From Fonticula alba ATCC 38817 (taxonomy: Eukaryota; Protista; Nucleariida), in the NCBI GenBank assembly GCA_000388065.2, contig KB932205.1: DNA of 64,000 nucleotides. One strand, written 5' to 3'. The notes under the pieces are model-generated. The model searched no databases. It was not told where the DNA came from and saw only the letters and a list, made by a program, of their open reading frames with translations. The first letter of the stretch is position 1. Every line of letters begins with the position of its first letter. Shown in pieces: positions 11,690 through 25,043 of the stretch. The position numbers were made by a program, and so were the translations under genes.

Positions 11690-14472
11690 GGTGCGGCTGG
11701 TTTCCTGTCCGGAGCTGTGCGTGTGTGTGCGCGCGTGGGAAAGAGAGAGAGAGAGAGAGAAAGGGAGGAGGGAGGGGGGAGACGAGGGACGGCAGGAAGG
11801 GTGAGTGGCAGGCGCAGGAGCGAGTGGGGGAGACCCCCCGGGGGGGGGGGGGGCAGGGGGAGGAATACACGCGGGCAGGGGAGGGCGCACCGACGGGACT
11901 GGCCGGCGGCGGGGGCGCGATGGGCGGGAGCAGCGGCGTAGTGAGCCCCGCCAGGGTTACCGGCGGCGACAGCGGGGTTGACAGCGGGAGCAGGCGCTCC
12001 GGAGGCTGTCACCGGCGGCGAGCGCGGGTCGTGAATGTGGGCCATAGTCGGCGCACGGAGGGGGATAGGGTGCGCGAAGGGGGTGGCGGAGAAAAGCGAG
12101 ACGGGGGGGCTGGCTCAGGGAACCGGCGAGTCGACTAACCGAGGGGAAGTATTCAGAGGCATCCCACGCGCCGGGAGAGGGGAGAGGAAAGAGAGAGAGA
12201 GAGAAAGGGGGGGGGACGAGCAGGCGAGGGAGCGGAGAAAAGGGGGGGGAGAAGTGTCAGCCAGGGCGCGCGCCAAGTTAAATGCGGGGCAAAGGCCGTG
12301 GCCGACCGTGGACAGGGGGCCGGCGGGGCAGCGGACCTTTGACTGAGGGCGGCCTTTTCGCGTGCATATACAAGGCAGATCAATGACAAGTGAGCCTGGC
12401 TATTTTTGGCGGAGATTCGGGCGCACGGGTCCACTCTGTGATGGGAGATGGGGATGAGAGTCAGCGTGATGGAGGGGGGGGGGGTGAGGGGGAGTTTCGC
12501 GACGGCGTCCAAGATCCACGGCTCGGAAGGCGCGTACCACAGGGCGTGCCGGGAACTGGCAACATGTGTGCCCGCGCACAGCGAGTCGTGAAGACAGGAG
12601 TGGCCGCCAGGGTGTGCACATGTGCGTGAGCATGGAGAGAGCAACAAAGGGGGCGAAAGGGCGGAGCAGGGCAAGGAGGAGGAGGAGAGGCGCACGTGTA
12701 GGACGGCTCACGCAGGGGGAGGGGGAGGCGACACGGCGGAGGCCAGCAGGCGGCAAGGCCCAGGGAGAGGGGGGNNNNNNNNNNNNNNNNNNNNNNNNNN
12801 NNNNNNNNNNNNNNNNNNNNNNNNNNNNNNNNNNNNNNNNNNNNNNNNNNNNNNNNNNNNNNNNNNNNNNNNNNNNNNNNNNNNNNNGGGGGAGGCGAGT
12901 GCGCGCGCGCGCGCGCGTCCCCGACGGGACTAAGAGAAAACCGTCCGCCGCCCCTGAGCCTCGGTCCCGCGCTGCCCCTCTCTCTCTCTCTTTCTCTCAA
13001 CCGGAGGGGAGGCGCGCGCGGCGGTCTGCCTTCCTGTGTGCTGGCTGCCACCCGCGCCGCCCGTGCCGCCCCCGGAGGGGTTCCGAGGTCTGGTAGAAGC
13101 CCCGCTGCGCGGTCCCTCCCCCCCCGGGAGACTGCCAGGTGAAGAAGGGGTCACGCCGTCCGGGTGTTCTTGGTGGGGGCGGGGGCGGGGGGGCGGGGGC
13201 GGGGGGGGGCGGCACCCCCTGCCCGACCCCGCCCTTCTGGTTGGCCCCTGTAGGTGGGTGGGGGGGTGCGTACGTGCGTGTGTACTTTTGCGCGTGCATG
13301 CTTACGCGCGTGCGGATGCACCAGCCCCCCGGCGGGACGGCGCTTGCGAGAGAAATGCGCGTCCGCGCCCCCCCCCCCCGGGGGGGGGCCATTTTATTTA
13401 TTAACGGTTTCCCCCGCGGAGGGGGGAACAGCGGGCAGCCGGAGTCCTCGCCCCCTCGCCCCCTCTCGTTCCCGAAGCGGGGGGGGGGGGGGAGGGCGGT
13501 CACACATGCGTCTCGCCTTTCGTCTTTTGGCGGCACCCCCGCGGCAGGATGGCTCACTTCCGGGGGCGTCGTGCGTGCGTGCATGCATGCATGCGCACGC
13601 GTACCCCCCCCCCCATATGCCTGGCCACCGAGCAGAGACAAGAGCGCGGCGGCTCGGCGGGGCGCCGTCGCTGCTGGGTCCCGCATGACGGGATCCGCCG
13701 TACGAACCACCCCCGGGCGTGCACGGGCCCCAGGCCGGTCCGGCGGGCGCGCCCGCCCCCTGCCGGCCCGCCGCCCCCCAGCCGAAAAAGCGCCAGCTGC
13801 CCCCTGCCTCCCTCCCCCCCGGCGGCCGCACGGTCAAATGAGCGCTCCCTCCGAAGCGGGCGCACGCGCGTATTCCCGGACCGGGGAGGGCCTGCCCGCC
13901 GCGAGGCGGGGAGCCAGACCGTGCTGGCCCTGCTCTTTCTCGCCGTGCCGCGTTTCGCCCTGTCTCCCCGCCCCTTTTGGGCATCCGGCCGAGGATCGGA
14001 CGTACGCCCGGGCCGGGCCGGGCCGAGACGCACGCCCTGGCGCGCGTGCGCGCGCGGGGGGGGGGGGCGACCGGTCGCAGAGTACCCCGGGCCGGGGCCG
14101 CGGCACGCGCTCCCTGCGCCGGCCTGTCTCCCTCGGCCGTTCCCCCTTCCGGTGGTCACTCTCCTCTTTGGGTGGTGGAGAGAGGCTAATGGGCGGGGCG
14201 CCTCCTCTGCGGTCGTGGCCGGCCGATCTCTCCTCGGATAGTCCCCCCCCCCCCCTATTCGGCCACCGTGCGACCCGCTCCTCTGCCGGCGCCTCGGCCG
14301 AATGCGAAGGGCCCTTGTGCGAAGGGCATGCACGCGCACGGAACGGAGGCCCTGTGGCCTCCCCCGCCCCGCCCGGCAGCGAGCCACGCATACACCCACG
14401 CACACGGACACACAGCGGTAGGCCAAGGGGGGGGGGGGCTATGCGGGCCTGACTCATTTTCGGCGAACCTTT

Positions 14473-14507
14473 GGGGCTTCGGCCCACCGTGGCCGGGCCG
14501 AAGCCCC
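14473..14507. repeat. Perfect 13-bp inverted repeat with 9-nt loop
   Basis: GGGGCTTCGGCCC-ACCGTGGCC-GGGCCGAAGCCCC; the arms are exact reverse complements. Confidence 0.9.
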
Positions 14508-15015
14508 CCCGCGACTTCGATCTCCATCCCCTCCGCCTGCGCCGATTGCTGGGCGGGGGGAGCCGGCCCCCGCCCCCCCCGCCCCGCCCCCCCCAGGGTG
14601 CCAGTCCCGGTTACATGCCCGCCAGCGCTCCCCGGCCTTCGCCCCCCGGCGACGAGCCGCTCCGCCCCTGGCCGGGTGTCATGGCGCCCCCCACCGCCGC
14701 CCCAGAGGGGGCAGGAGGGAGGGAGGGCGGAGCGTTTGCTCCCGCGCCCCCCGCCTCAAGGGGGCCCTAAGGTGACAGTGGTGGTGGTGGTGGTGGTGGT
14801 AGTGGGCCCCTCGGCTACCCCCCCCCCCCCGAGGAGCCGGGGCGAAAGAGGGGGGACGGGACGTGAGCGGAAGGGGCGGCGGGGTGTGCTATGCACAGCA
14901 GCTATGCAGCTATGCGGCGCCGCGGCCACGCGTGTCCCCCTCCCCCCGCCTGCCGGGCCGTGTGTCGGCTTGGAGCGCGCGCATGTGAGCGCAGAGGGCG
15001 CGCCCGAGCCCCTCG

Positions 15016-15074
<59 letters not shown>

Positions 15075-16686
15075 ACGGAGTCGTCCAGCTTCTGCAGGAA
15101 CTCCCGCNNNNNNNNNNNNNNNNNNNNNNNNNNNNNNNNNNNNNNCTTCTTGAAGAGGACCAGCTCGATCAGGCCCACCCCCCCCGGCCAGACCTCGCCC
15201 CCAGGCAGGGGTTTTCCCCTTCGGCTCGCCTGTTCGGGACCCGAAGGTCTCCGACGGGAGGGGGGGGGGGGCGGGGAGTGGCCGACCCGTCGCCCAGAGC
15301 TCGCGCACCGCCGGCAGGGTCCGAGCGGCTTCTCCATCTGCCAGGGCACACACGCACTTGCGTGTACTTTCAAATCGCCCCTCTCACGCCCCCCCCCCCC
15401 TGCCCCGCCCCCGCCCCCAACAAAAGACACCCGGTGGACCACGCGCACCATCAAATTACGGGTCGCCCACGGTCCGCTTGCCCGTATCCGCCCCCTCCCC
15501 CCCCCCGGGGGGGGGGGGCGGGAGAGCGCCGAGGGACGGGAGCCGACGTGTCGCGCAGCCGGGCGCGTCCGACCTGGGTTTCGCCAAGGTCGCTTGCCGT
15601 CGCGCCGCCAGGCGCCCTGCTTCCGGAGCGGCAGCCATTGGCGCCGGCGCGTTTGGCTTCGTGGTGCCCTCCTTTCCTCATCGTCGCCCCCCCCCCCCCC
15701 CCCCCCTCCGGAGCATGTGGCCGTGCATCGGGAGGGAGTACTGGGGCCCCCTGCCCAGCGCGCCGGGCCGCGGTGGCAGGCCTCCTCTGCCCGGCCCCGG
15801 CCAGAGCACAGACGCGTTGCCGGCGGCCGGTCCCCCGGAAGGTAAACATCAAAAAGAGGGCATCGGCCCTGCACCTGGAGGGAGTGCGAAATCCCCCCCC
15901 CCCCCGCACATGCCGCGCACGGACACGCGCACGCACGGGCAGACGCGGCAGGCGGGCTTTCCCCCTGCCGCGGGGGCCCCTCCCTCGCGGCCACCAGCTG
16001 GGGACGCTGCATATATTTCCGACAGGACCGGCCGAGCGGCGGAGGCGCCAGGCGCACACACGCGCCTGGTCGCCCGCCGGCACAGGCCCCGCCTTTCGAG
16101 CACACCGACCAAGGTTGCCGCGGTGCCGTCGCCGTGTCACCGCCAGTGCCCGCGCTCGGATCCCCACCTCACGGCACCTGACCGGTCGCTTTTGGGTCAA
16201 TCCCGGCTCTTGGCCGGCGGCCCCCCGCCCGCCCGCGGCGTAGGGAGGGCGGAGGAAGGGCTCCGGGCGGGGCGGCGACGGCGGGGCCTGTAAAGGAGAG
16301 GGGGAAAAATGGCCCGGAAGGGCGTGTGCGGCCCTCGCGTGGGCTGGGCCAGCGCCCGGGGGCAGCGGAGCCGCTGGGCTGAGGCCCGGGGGGGGGGGGA
16401 CCGGGGACAGGAGCAGACAAAGACAGGCAAAGACAGGCGCTGCGACGGACGAAGAAAGACAAAGACGCACAGAGACGGGCGGAGACAGTGGGAGAGAGGC
16501 AGCACCACAGCCGGCCGGCGCCCGGCGCTGGGGCTAAGCATGCCGGGCGCAAGGGGCCAGGAGGGGCGACCACACCCAGGCAGGGGGAAGAATGCATCGA
16601 TCAATACCCGGCGACTGGCGGGCCAGCGCACGCTGGCCCCTCCTTTCGGTAGCCGCGGAATGTCCATCCCACTGTCACGGGGCGGG

Positions 16687-17338
16687 NNNNNNNNNNNNNN
16701 NNNNNNNNNNNNNNNNNNNNNNNNNNNNNNNNNNNNNNNNNNNNNNNNNNNNNNNNNNNNNNNNNNNNNNNNNNNNNNNNNNNNNNNNNNNNNNNNNNNN
16801 NNNNNNNNNNNNNNNNNNNNNNNNNNNNNNNNNNNNNNNNNNNNNNNNNNNNNNNNNNNNNNNNNNNNNNNNNNNNNNNNNNNNNNNNNNNNNNNNNNNN
16901 NNNNNNNNNNNNNNNNNNNNNNNNNNNNNNNNNNNNNNNNNNNNNNNNNNNNNNNNNNNNNNNNNNNNNNNNNNNNNNNNNNNNNNNNNNNNNNNNNNNN
17001 NNNNNNNNNNNNNNNNNNNNNNNNNNNNNNNNNNNNNNNNNNNNNNNNNNNNNNNNNNNNNNNNNNNNNNNNNNNNNNNNNNNNNNNNNNNNNNNNNNNN
17101 NNNNNNNNNNNNNNNNNNNNNNNNNNNNNNNNNNNNNNNNNNNNNNNNNNNNNNNNNNNNNNNNNNNNNNNNNNNNNNNNNNNNNNNNNNNNNNNNNNNN
17201 NNNNNNNNNNNNNNNNNNNNNNNNNNNNNNNNNNNNNNNNNNNNNNNNNNNNNNNNNNNNNNNNNNNNNNNNNNNNNNNNNNNNNNNNNNNNNNNNNNNN
17301 NNNNNNNNNNNNNNNNNNNNNNNNNNNNNNNNNNNNNN
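16687..17338. other. Assembly gap (652 N), largest of nine gaps
   Basis: N-run. Other gaps: 12775-12887, 15108-15145, 23390-23490, 32148-32157, 42806-42860, 48102-48139, 49174-49208, 51904-51989. Most abut G/C homopolymers or low-complexity tracts. Confidence 0.99.
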
Positions 17339-20300
17339 GGGCGCGAGGGGGGGGGGGGAGGCGGGGGGACAGGCACACCGCCGGGCAGCCCTGTTAATGT
17401 CGCGAGGTCCCGCGGCCGCCGGCCCGCCGGGCACAGGCGTGTGTCGGAATCGCGCGTGCAGGCGACACACATGCGCCCGGGCAAGGGCCGATCGCACCTG
17501 GCGGGCCAGCTGGCGCTTGGGGGCGGCCGCGGCGCCCCCCCCCCCCCCCCCCCCCTCCTTACACGTGAAAGGACCCGCCAGGCCGCCGTGGATTTCCATG
17601 CAAAAGAACCGGCGAGCCCTGGAACGATGCGGCGGGAGGGGCGGCGGGAGCCGAGGAGCCGCACCGGGGGGACGGCACGGCCCCACCTCATGCTCGGGCT
17701 CCTGAAGGAATGCCATGTAGAGGGCGTGACACACCCACACACACGCACGCACGCACACACGCACACATGGAGCCCCCCGACCCCGAGCGAGCCTGGTGCC
17801 CGTCACGCCCAGGGTGTCGGGGCACCTGGCGCCCTCCCCTCGGCCTTCGCCGGCCCCCACCCCTCTCGTCGCGGGCGGGGCTGTGTGGCAGGTGGGGAAG
17901 GAGGGCGGGGGCTGGGGGCAGCCGCATCCGGCGCCTGCCCCTTTCCGAGAAAGCACTGGCCCCCCCCCAGACTCGGGGGCCGATGGCCGTGCGCTTCTCC
18001 GTACCCCCCTCCCCCCCCCCGGCTCGGCGGTGCCCTCCTGCACGCTTCTCCGTACCCCCCCCCCTCGCTCCCTCCGCGTTACAGGCCTGCGCGATCGCCC
18101 CGAGTGTTCGCTCGGAATATTCTCCTCGTGCGCTGGCCCCCCCCCCTCCCCCCCCCCGGCCGGCGCGGCCGGGTGTGCGATGGGGCGCGCGGCCGGGCGG
18201 TATGCCCATGAACACACTCGCTTCCCCCGCAGCAGGGCAAGATGGTGGTCCCCCCCCCCCCCCCCCCCCCCCACGGGCCTCCATGCCTCCCCCCGGGTGC
18301 GCCGCGGGCTCCACAAAATACGTCCACGCCTTGGTTCGATGGTGACGCGCTCTGGGCCATTGGCCGCGGCTTCGGGGCGCCGCGGCCCTCGTCGCCGGAA
18401 ATGCCGGTACCGATCGACCGGCGGGGGAAGATGCCCCGGGTCCATGTATCTCGCACTGTGCTTGGGTCTTTCGCCGGGTCGCCGGGGGAGGACGGGGCAC
18501 CGCAAGCAAATACCCGCCATCCCTCTGTTTGGGCGGGCGAGCGGTGGGCCGGTCGCGCGCACTCGGCAGTATCCGGGGATTTTTAAAAAGCCCCAAACAA
18601 ACCCCCGGAGCTCTCCCTCGGCCGCCCTCTCTCGGGACCCCTCAGAGCCCGGAAAGCGCGAGGGCCGCCGGCGTCGGGCCCCCCCCCCCCCCATCCCCCG
18701 CTTGCACCAGGGGCGAGCATATCCACCGGCGCCGGGCCCAGGCGCGCGCCTTCGCCTCCTCCTCCCCCGCCTCCGCCACCCGGCCCGGTGCCAGCGCGCC
18801 AGGCAACACAATCCCGCATATTTATTTGCGTACTCTGGGGTGTCGACGCGCCCACGCGCGTTCACACACACACACACACATATGCATGCATGGGCAAATA
18901 TGCGCGCGGCCTGCTGGCATTCAGGCGCACTAGGTCCACAGTCCACAGCCGGCGCGCGTGGCCCGGTGGCCACCGATGCCAGCTCACTTTGTCTGTCGTA
19001 CCCTGGACTCGGCCCGTGGTCCTGCGGGCCACAACCGCGGCGGCGGCGGCGGCGCTGGCGGCAGTTGACCCCTCCATTGAAAGGGACAAATTCTTGCGCC
19101 CCCCCCCCCCCCCTCCCGGGGAGCCTCTGACCGAGCCCCGTATTCCGCAGGCAGTGTGTGTGCGCGCTGCGCTGCACCGCGCCGCCACAGCGCTCCCCGC
19201 GGGGGCCGAGGGCGGAATACGCGGAGCGCCGCTTCTTTTTCTTCGACCACCCCCGGCCACTGCCCGACCACCTCAGACGCTCCCCTCCCGCGGGCCTTTT
19301 CCCGAACCACCCCCCACCCCCATCGGCCGAAGACAACCCATGAGCCAGTGCTCCTGACCTGCGATCACTCCCCGGAGGGTGCTCGCTACGGCGCGGCCAC
19401 CTGGGGGCGGGGGGGGGGGACGCGCGCTGATGAGCAATGACCAAAGGCATCCCCCCCTGTGGACCCATGCGCACGCCTGTGTTTTGGTGGTTGTGGCTCG
19501 CGAGGGAGGCGGGGGCGGGGGGATGCGGGCGCGCTCGAGCGACCGCTGGCCATTGGTCGGAGGGCCGACAGGGCGCCGATGCTGCGCCGCCATGCTGAGC
19601 AGGACGCCGCACTGAGAGGCGGCCAGCGAGACGGACAGGGGCTCACCTCCTCGGCCCTTCTGCCTCCCTCCCGGGGGGGGGGGGGCTCCCGCCGCCCGGC
19701 CTGCGTCCCCCTGCCGCCGCCCCACAAGCGGCCACACCATCCCGGGGTCTTGTGCATGCGTGCATGCTTGCGTGCTTGCGTGCATGCGTGCATGCGTGTG
19801 TGTGTGTGTGTGTGTATGTAGGTGCTTGGGTGCGTGGGTGCGTGCGCTGGTCGCGCGAGTGTGCGAAACAAAGGGAGGCCCCGGCGGTTGTCGCCGGCTC
19901 TCGCCCGGGGGGCTTTGCGACCGGAAGCATAAGAGTTGGCATCATGGGCAGGGTGCCGCGGGCCCATGGGGCGGGGCCCTGTCCCCCGGCCGCGCAAGAC
20001 AACACACTGGTAAGTCGGCAGCGCTGGCAGGGGAGGGCCTCGGCGAGGCATTAACCCGCTGCCCGCTCGCGCTTACAGGCACCATTAACTCACTTGCTCC
20101 GGAAGTGGGGCCGGCACGCACCGTTGCTCATACCCCGCAATGGTCGGGGATCGCCCGGGCCCTGTGACCCGATCGCCCCGGGCAGCAGGCCCGCCCCGGC
20201 CGGAGGGGGAGCAAGCCCTGTGTCTCCCCCCATTGGGACGGATCTCCCCCCCGCCCCATGCGGCATGATCCCGACTCCGAGCGGTCTTCCCCATCCACCA

Positions 20301-20778
20301 CCCTCCCCTGCCATGTTCCTGTGCCTGTTTCTCTCCTTCCGCCCGGCGCCCCGGTCACTGCCTTCGGCCGGGCTGTCCGGTGCCCCGAAGAGAAGGCCCC
20401 CCGGGGGCGTGTGCGGCCAGCCTTTGGCCATTCCTCTCGCACTCTCCTCCCGAACAACCCATCTTGAGCGAGAATTCGGTCGCCGCCTCGCCCGCGCCAT
20501 TGACAGAGGCGCACCCCCGGGCGCCGGAAAGCCTGCCCAGCGGATCCCGCTCTCTCTCTCTCTCTCTCTCTCTCTCCGACGACGACGACGGCCCGGATTG
20601 GGCCCCGCTGCCGCTGTCAACCACACGGCCACGACACTGATACCAAGGCCCCCCCCGGCCGCCGTGCCCTCGCCGCCCGAAAGGCCAGCGCACACACACG
20701 CACGCGCAAGCGCCGGCCGGGACACCCTTCCCTCCATCCCGCGCACCCTGGGCTTCTGAGCCTCCCTCCGCTGGCAAG

Positions 20779-23339
20779 ATGTCTGCCATCGGGGAGATCG
20801 ATGACCGAATATGCCTACGACTCCGCAGTATGACACCCATCGCCCTCGACAGCCCGGTTGTTGGGGAGGTCCCCCCTCCTCCCCCCTCCCCAGGCCAGCC
20901 TCCCACTGACAATGACCCACTCTCTTCCCCCCCTTAGTCTTCCGTGCACGCGACCTTCCCCCGGGATTCAACGGTACGGGCTGTCATCGCGCCTCGACCC
21001 TGCCTCCCGAGTGGCCTGCCGCACGTGAGGGCGCTTTCCCCATCCATCTCCTACCCCCTCTTTCTCTCTGACACACACTGTCTCTTCCTCCCTGCCCTCC
21101 CCCGCCATTGGAATGCAACTTCTTGCCCCATGCCTGCCATTCGCTTGGGCCGCCGCGCAACCGCCCTGATCAGCCTGCGTGCAGGTCGGCTACCGCAAGG
21201 AGCAGTTCGCCACCAACTACGCCGAGGTTGATGACCATGGCAATGTCCAATGGATGGAGGAGATGGACTTGTGCGTGTCCTTGCCCAAGACCCCCTGTCC
21301 ACCCCCCCCCCCCCCCCCAACACTGACCACCAGCCTTTCAGCGGCCAGCGCCAGGGCGAAAAGGAGCTGGTCTTCCGTGTGCACCTGGCCCGCATCGAGG
21401 ACGGAGCCCCGCCCCAGGTAAGCTACCACAAGCGCTTCGGCTTCCGAAACCGCTGGCGGGCCAATCGCTCTCACGAGTGCGGCAAGCTGCGCCTCACCCC
21501 GTCGGACATCAAGCAGATCGTCAATGAGACCGACCCGGACTCCGGCGACCCGCACTCGGCGCGCACCGGTCAGCAGCTCCGCCAAATGCAAGTGGAAGAC
21601 ATGGCCGGCGCCTGGCGCGCGCTCACCTGGCTCGATGAGGTCCCCCTCGGCGCCGGCAAGCTGCCCTCCCTGTGCATCGGCATCTCCTTCGTGGATATTT
21701 CCGTCCTGACGGACGCCGGCTACTCGGTGGCCACCACGTCGCGATGGAAACTGCGCGGTGCGTGTGACCGGCTCTGGGCCCGCGCGCCTGCGCCCGCCCG
21801 CTGCCCTGCGACTGACATGATGCAACCCGACCGGCCGAGCCAGAACGCGTGCGGCGCAAGCGCGGCCCCGCCATGTCCTGGGCCGGGCCGCGCTTTGACG
21901 ATTCCCAAGTGTGCCCCCTCTGCCACATGCTCATGAGCCAGTGTGCCTGCGATGACCGGGTGAGCGCGTACTCCGCCACGCCGACCGGCCGCCCGGGGCC
22001 CGGCGCGCCGCGGCCCATATCGCCCGATCGCCGGAGCGTTCGGTCCACCAATCCCTTCGACACCCCCCCGGAGGAGGACCCGCAAGACATGTGGTACACC
22101 CCGACCGCCTATCGGGCCAGCCTGTCGAGCGGCGGCGTCGGCAAGGGAGCCGTGGCCGTGGTCCCGCGAGCCGGGGTCTCCTTTGCCGGGGTGCCCGCCC
22201 CGATGATGGCCCCCGGCCACACCCAGCCCCTGGCGCGCGGGGTGACCTACACGCCGCCCGACTCGCCGCAGGGGCGCCGATATAGCTCGACTTTCCAAAT
22301 GTCCCAGGCCCACCCGCTGAAGCCGGGGCCCGTCTTGCCGGGGGTGGTCGCCCGGTCGCCACAGCCACGCAGCGACACCATCCGCGTGGATCCCTACCAG
22401 GGGGACCTCTTCGCCGGGCGCATGTCTGTGGTCCCGGCGGCGGGGGATGGCGGTGAGCCCGGGTTTGCGCGACACCGGCCCCCGGCGGTTGTGCTCCCCG
22501 GCGGCGGGAGTGTTCCCTACGACACCCGGAGCATCAACAGCATGGGCAATCCCTTTGCCGGCGAGCCGGATGGCGGGGTGCCGGGTCGTGGGGCGGCGGC
22601 CGATCCCGACTGGAATCGCATCAACCGCGACTACCGCCATGGGGCCGGCGGAGGCCAGGGCGACGGCCCCGGGGGACACCACCTTCCCCGGTCGCATGGG
22701 GACTACTTCGATGAGGACCGCAGCCATGGCCGCGTGGGGTCCATGGGCGGGGCTGGCGGTGGGCCGGGCGCCGGGGCGCCCCCCAGCCATTGGTACGCGG
22801 CGGATGACCTCCACGCGGCGGGGGGCCGGTCTCGACGCGGCTCGTTCCAGGGCATTCCCCAGGCCGCGGGCCCGGCGGCCGGCTACTCGGGGCCCCCGCG
22901 CCCTGCATCGTACCACCTGTCCGATGACCACAGCCAGGAGGACCACCGCGAGTTGGTCCGGTATGCGGCCACCGCGCCGCACTATCGTGAGCCGGGCTCC
23001 GGCCGGAGGAATTCCATCCAGCACTCGTTGTACCGGCCACCCGGCGACCATGCCCACGGCACGACGATGGTCCTGGATCCGGGGGCCGCTTCGGCAGGCC
23101 TGATGCCCATGTTCCTGGTCAATGGCCACGAGGTGGACCCGCGAATCATTGAGCAGGCCCTGGCCAACTATACCGGGGATCCCTTCACCGAGGAGGACCT
23201 GCTGGCCTTGCGTTTGCAGCTGGCCCGCGCCGAGCATGACCTCGAGCGCTACCGGGCCTACGTCGGCCGGCTCCTCAGCCGGGTGATGATTGTCTGCCCC
23301 GAGCTGTTGGAGAAGATCGGCGCCAGCATCCCGCCCTGA
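20779..23339 (+). CDS. C2-domain protein with C-terminal Rab11-FIP RBD-like motif (class I Rab11-FIP-like), 5 exons
   Basis: Phase-consistent exons 20779-20827, 20938-20973, 21174-21270 and 21342 onward give MSAIGEIDDRICLRLRIFRARDLPPGFNACVQVGYRKEQFATNYAEVDDHGNVQWMEEMDFGQRQGEKELVFRVHL (C2-like). A long disordered last exon ends LERYRAYVGRLLSRVMIVCPELLEKIGASIPP* (FIP-RBD-like). Confidence 0.65.
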
Positions 23340-23680
23340 TGGGGGCTGGCTGGAGTGGGGGGGGGGGGGGGGGCCGGGGGGGGGGTTGGNNNNNNNNNNN
23401 NNNNNNNNNNNNNNNNNNNNNNNNNNNNNNNNNNNNNNNNNNNNNNNNNNNNNNNNNNNNNNNNNNNNNNNNNNNNNNNNNNNNNNNNNNGGGGGGGGGG
23501 ACGTGCGCCGGCGCAAGAGGTCTTTTGAGGCGCACCTCTGCCCCGCCCCGTGGCGGCGGCCCGGTCGCCGCCCATTCCCTAAGATACTGCCCTTCCGCCA
23601 CGACTGTCCTCCTCTCCTCTCATCCTTTCGCAGGGCCCCCCCCCCACCCCGGCCGACGTACACGCACACGCACGCGCACA

Positions 23681-24485
23681 ATGGCTGAGCTTAGGCAGCT
23701 GCTCGATCAGATCGCACGCGCCAGCACCCTGTATGAGGTCCTGGGCCTCGAGGCGGCCTCCTTCGAGGAGGCGCAAAAATACATCACCGCAGGGGCCATC
23801 CGCGGGGCGTATCTTCGCCGGGCTCTTATTCTTCACCCTGACAAGCAGTCGCTGGTGTCCGGGGCGGATGCCTCGGGCAGTGCGGGTGCCCACGCGGCCG
23901 ACCCTGCGGCCGATCCCCGGCTGGCAGCCAGCTATCTGCGCCTGCGTGAGGCCTACGACACCCTGAGCACCGCGGCATCTCGGGCGCAATACGATCACAA
24001 CCTGTGGCCTCCATGTGCGTGGCTCCCTGTTCCTGCCCCTCCTCCCGGGCCCCTGCCGGCCCGCTGCCCACGTCTCGGACGCCTTCCCGACGAAGGCCGG
24101 GTCACCGGCGCTACTCGACCCCAGGCTGACCCTCCTTTCCCTCCACGCCCTCTGTCTTGGCACAGCATCGCTCTTGGTGGATGACGAGTTCAGCCTCGAG
24201 GATATGCTTTTTGATGAGGGTACGCTCGCACACCGGCAATTCCGACACCCATCCTCCCTCCCCATCCGCTGACCATTCCTCCTCCCATTGCTCCGGGCAG
24301 ACGACAATATGTACACCCTGCCGTGCCGTTGCAGCGGCGTGTACCGCCTGCATGTGGACGAGATTGACAGCCTCTACGCCGAGAGCCAGGGGGCCGGCTT
24401 CTCCAATGTTCTCTTTTGTCAGCAATGCTCGCTGAAGATCCGCATCCAATGTAGCGGGATAGGCACCGACAGTGAGGAGGCCTAA
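23681..24485 (+). CDS. DPH4: Diphthamide biosynthesis protein 4 (J-domain + CSL zinc finger), 3 exons
   Basis: J-domain (TLYEVLGL...YLRRALILHPDK...LREAYDTLS...RAQYD) followed by DEFSLEDMLFDE-DDNMYTLPCRCSG...LFCQQCSLKIRI. Splice phases are consistent. Confidence 0.9.
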
Positions 24486-24982
24486 GCAGCGTGTGCTAAT
24501 GGCTGGTCGGCCTTCGGCCTTTCTGCTCAACCTCCTGACCATATCCCCTCCACCGGGCCTCGCGCTCGGGGTTCTGCCCCCGGTCCCGGGGCCGCGAGGC
24601 CAAGGAAAAAGCACCGAAAAAAGCAAAAAAAAAACAACAACAAGAAACAACAACATCATCAACAGCAGCAGCTCAACAGCGACAGAGAAGCAACCATGCA
24701 GCAGGGTCCCCCTCTTTTTTCCTTCTTTTTTTTTCTCGCGGCCGCCAAGAGGGCCCCCGGGCCCGGGCGCGGGTGCCACCGGAGGGGGCCGGAATGTGAT
24801 TTACTTTCGTTGGCAGGATTGTCGGGTGCTTTCCGCTGGGCTTGGGCGTTTCTCGGGGTCCTGCCGAGGGTTCGGGCTGACAAGCCCCCGGCCGCGGCCG
24901 CCCCTCCTGTTGGCAGGTGTCTGGCCCGCCCAGCGCCCCGAGGGGTGCGCATTCCAGGCGGGGGCCAGATCCTGCGTCCATT

Positions 24983-25043
<61 letters not shown>

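Noticed and set aside
19429-19520. TGATGA as a C/D snoRNA box C
   Set aside because: No CTGA box D or terminal stem at a suitable distance.
16601-19612. 1003-aa ORF and other long ORFs crossing N-gaps or G/C runs
   Set aside because: Open only because of Ns and stop-poor GC-rich low-complexity DNA; no motifs or codon bias.
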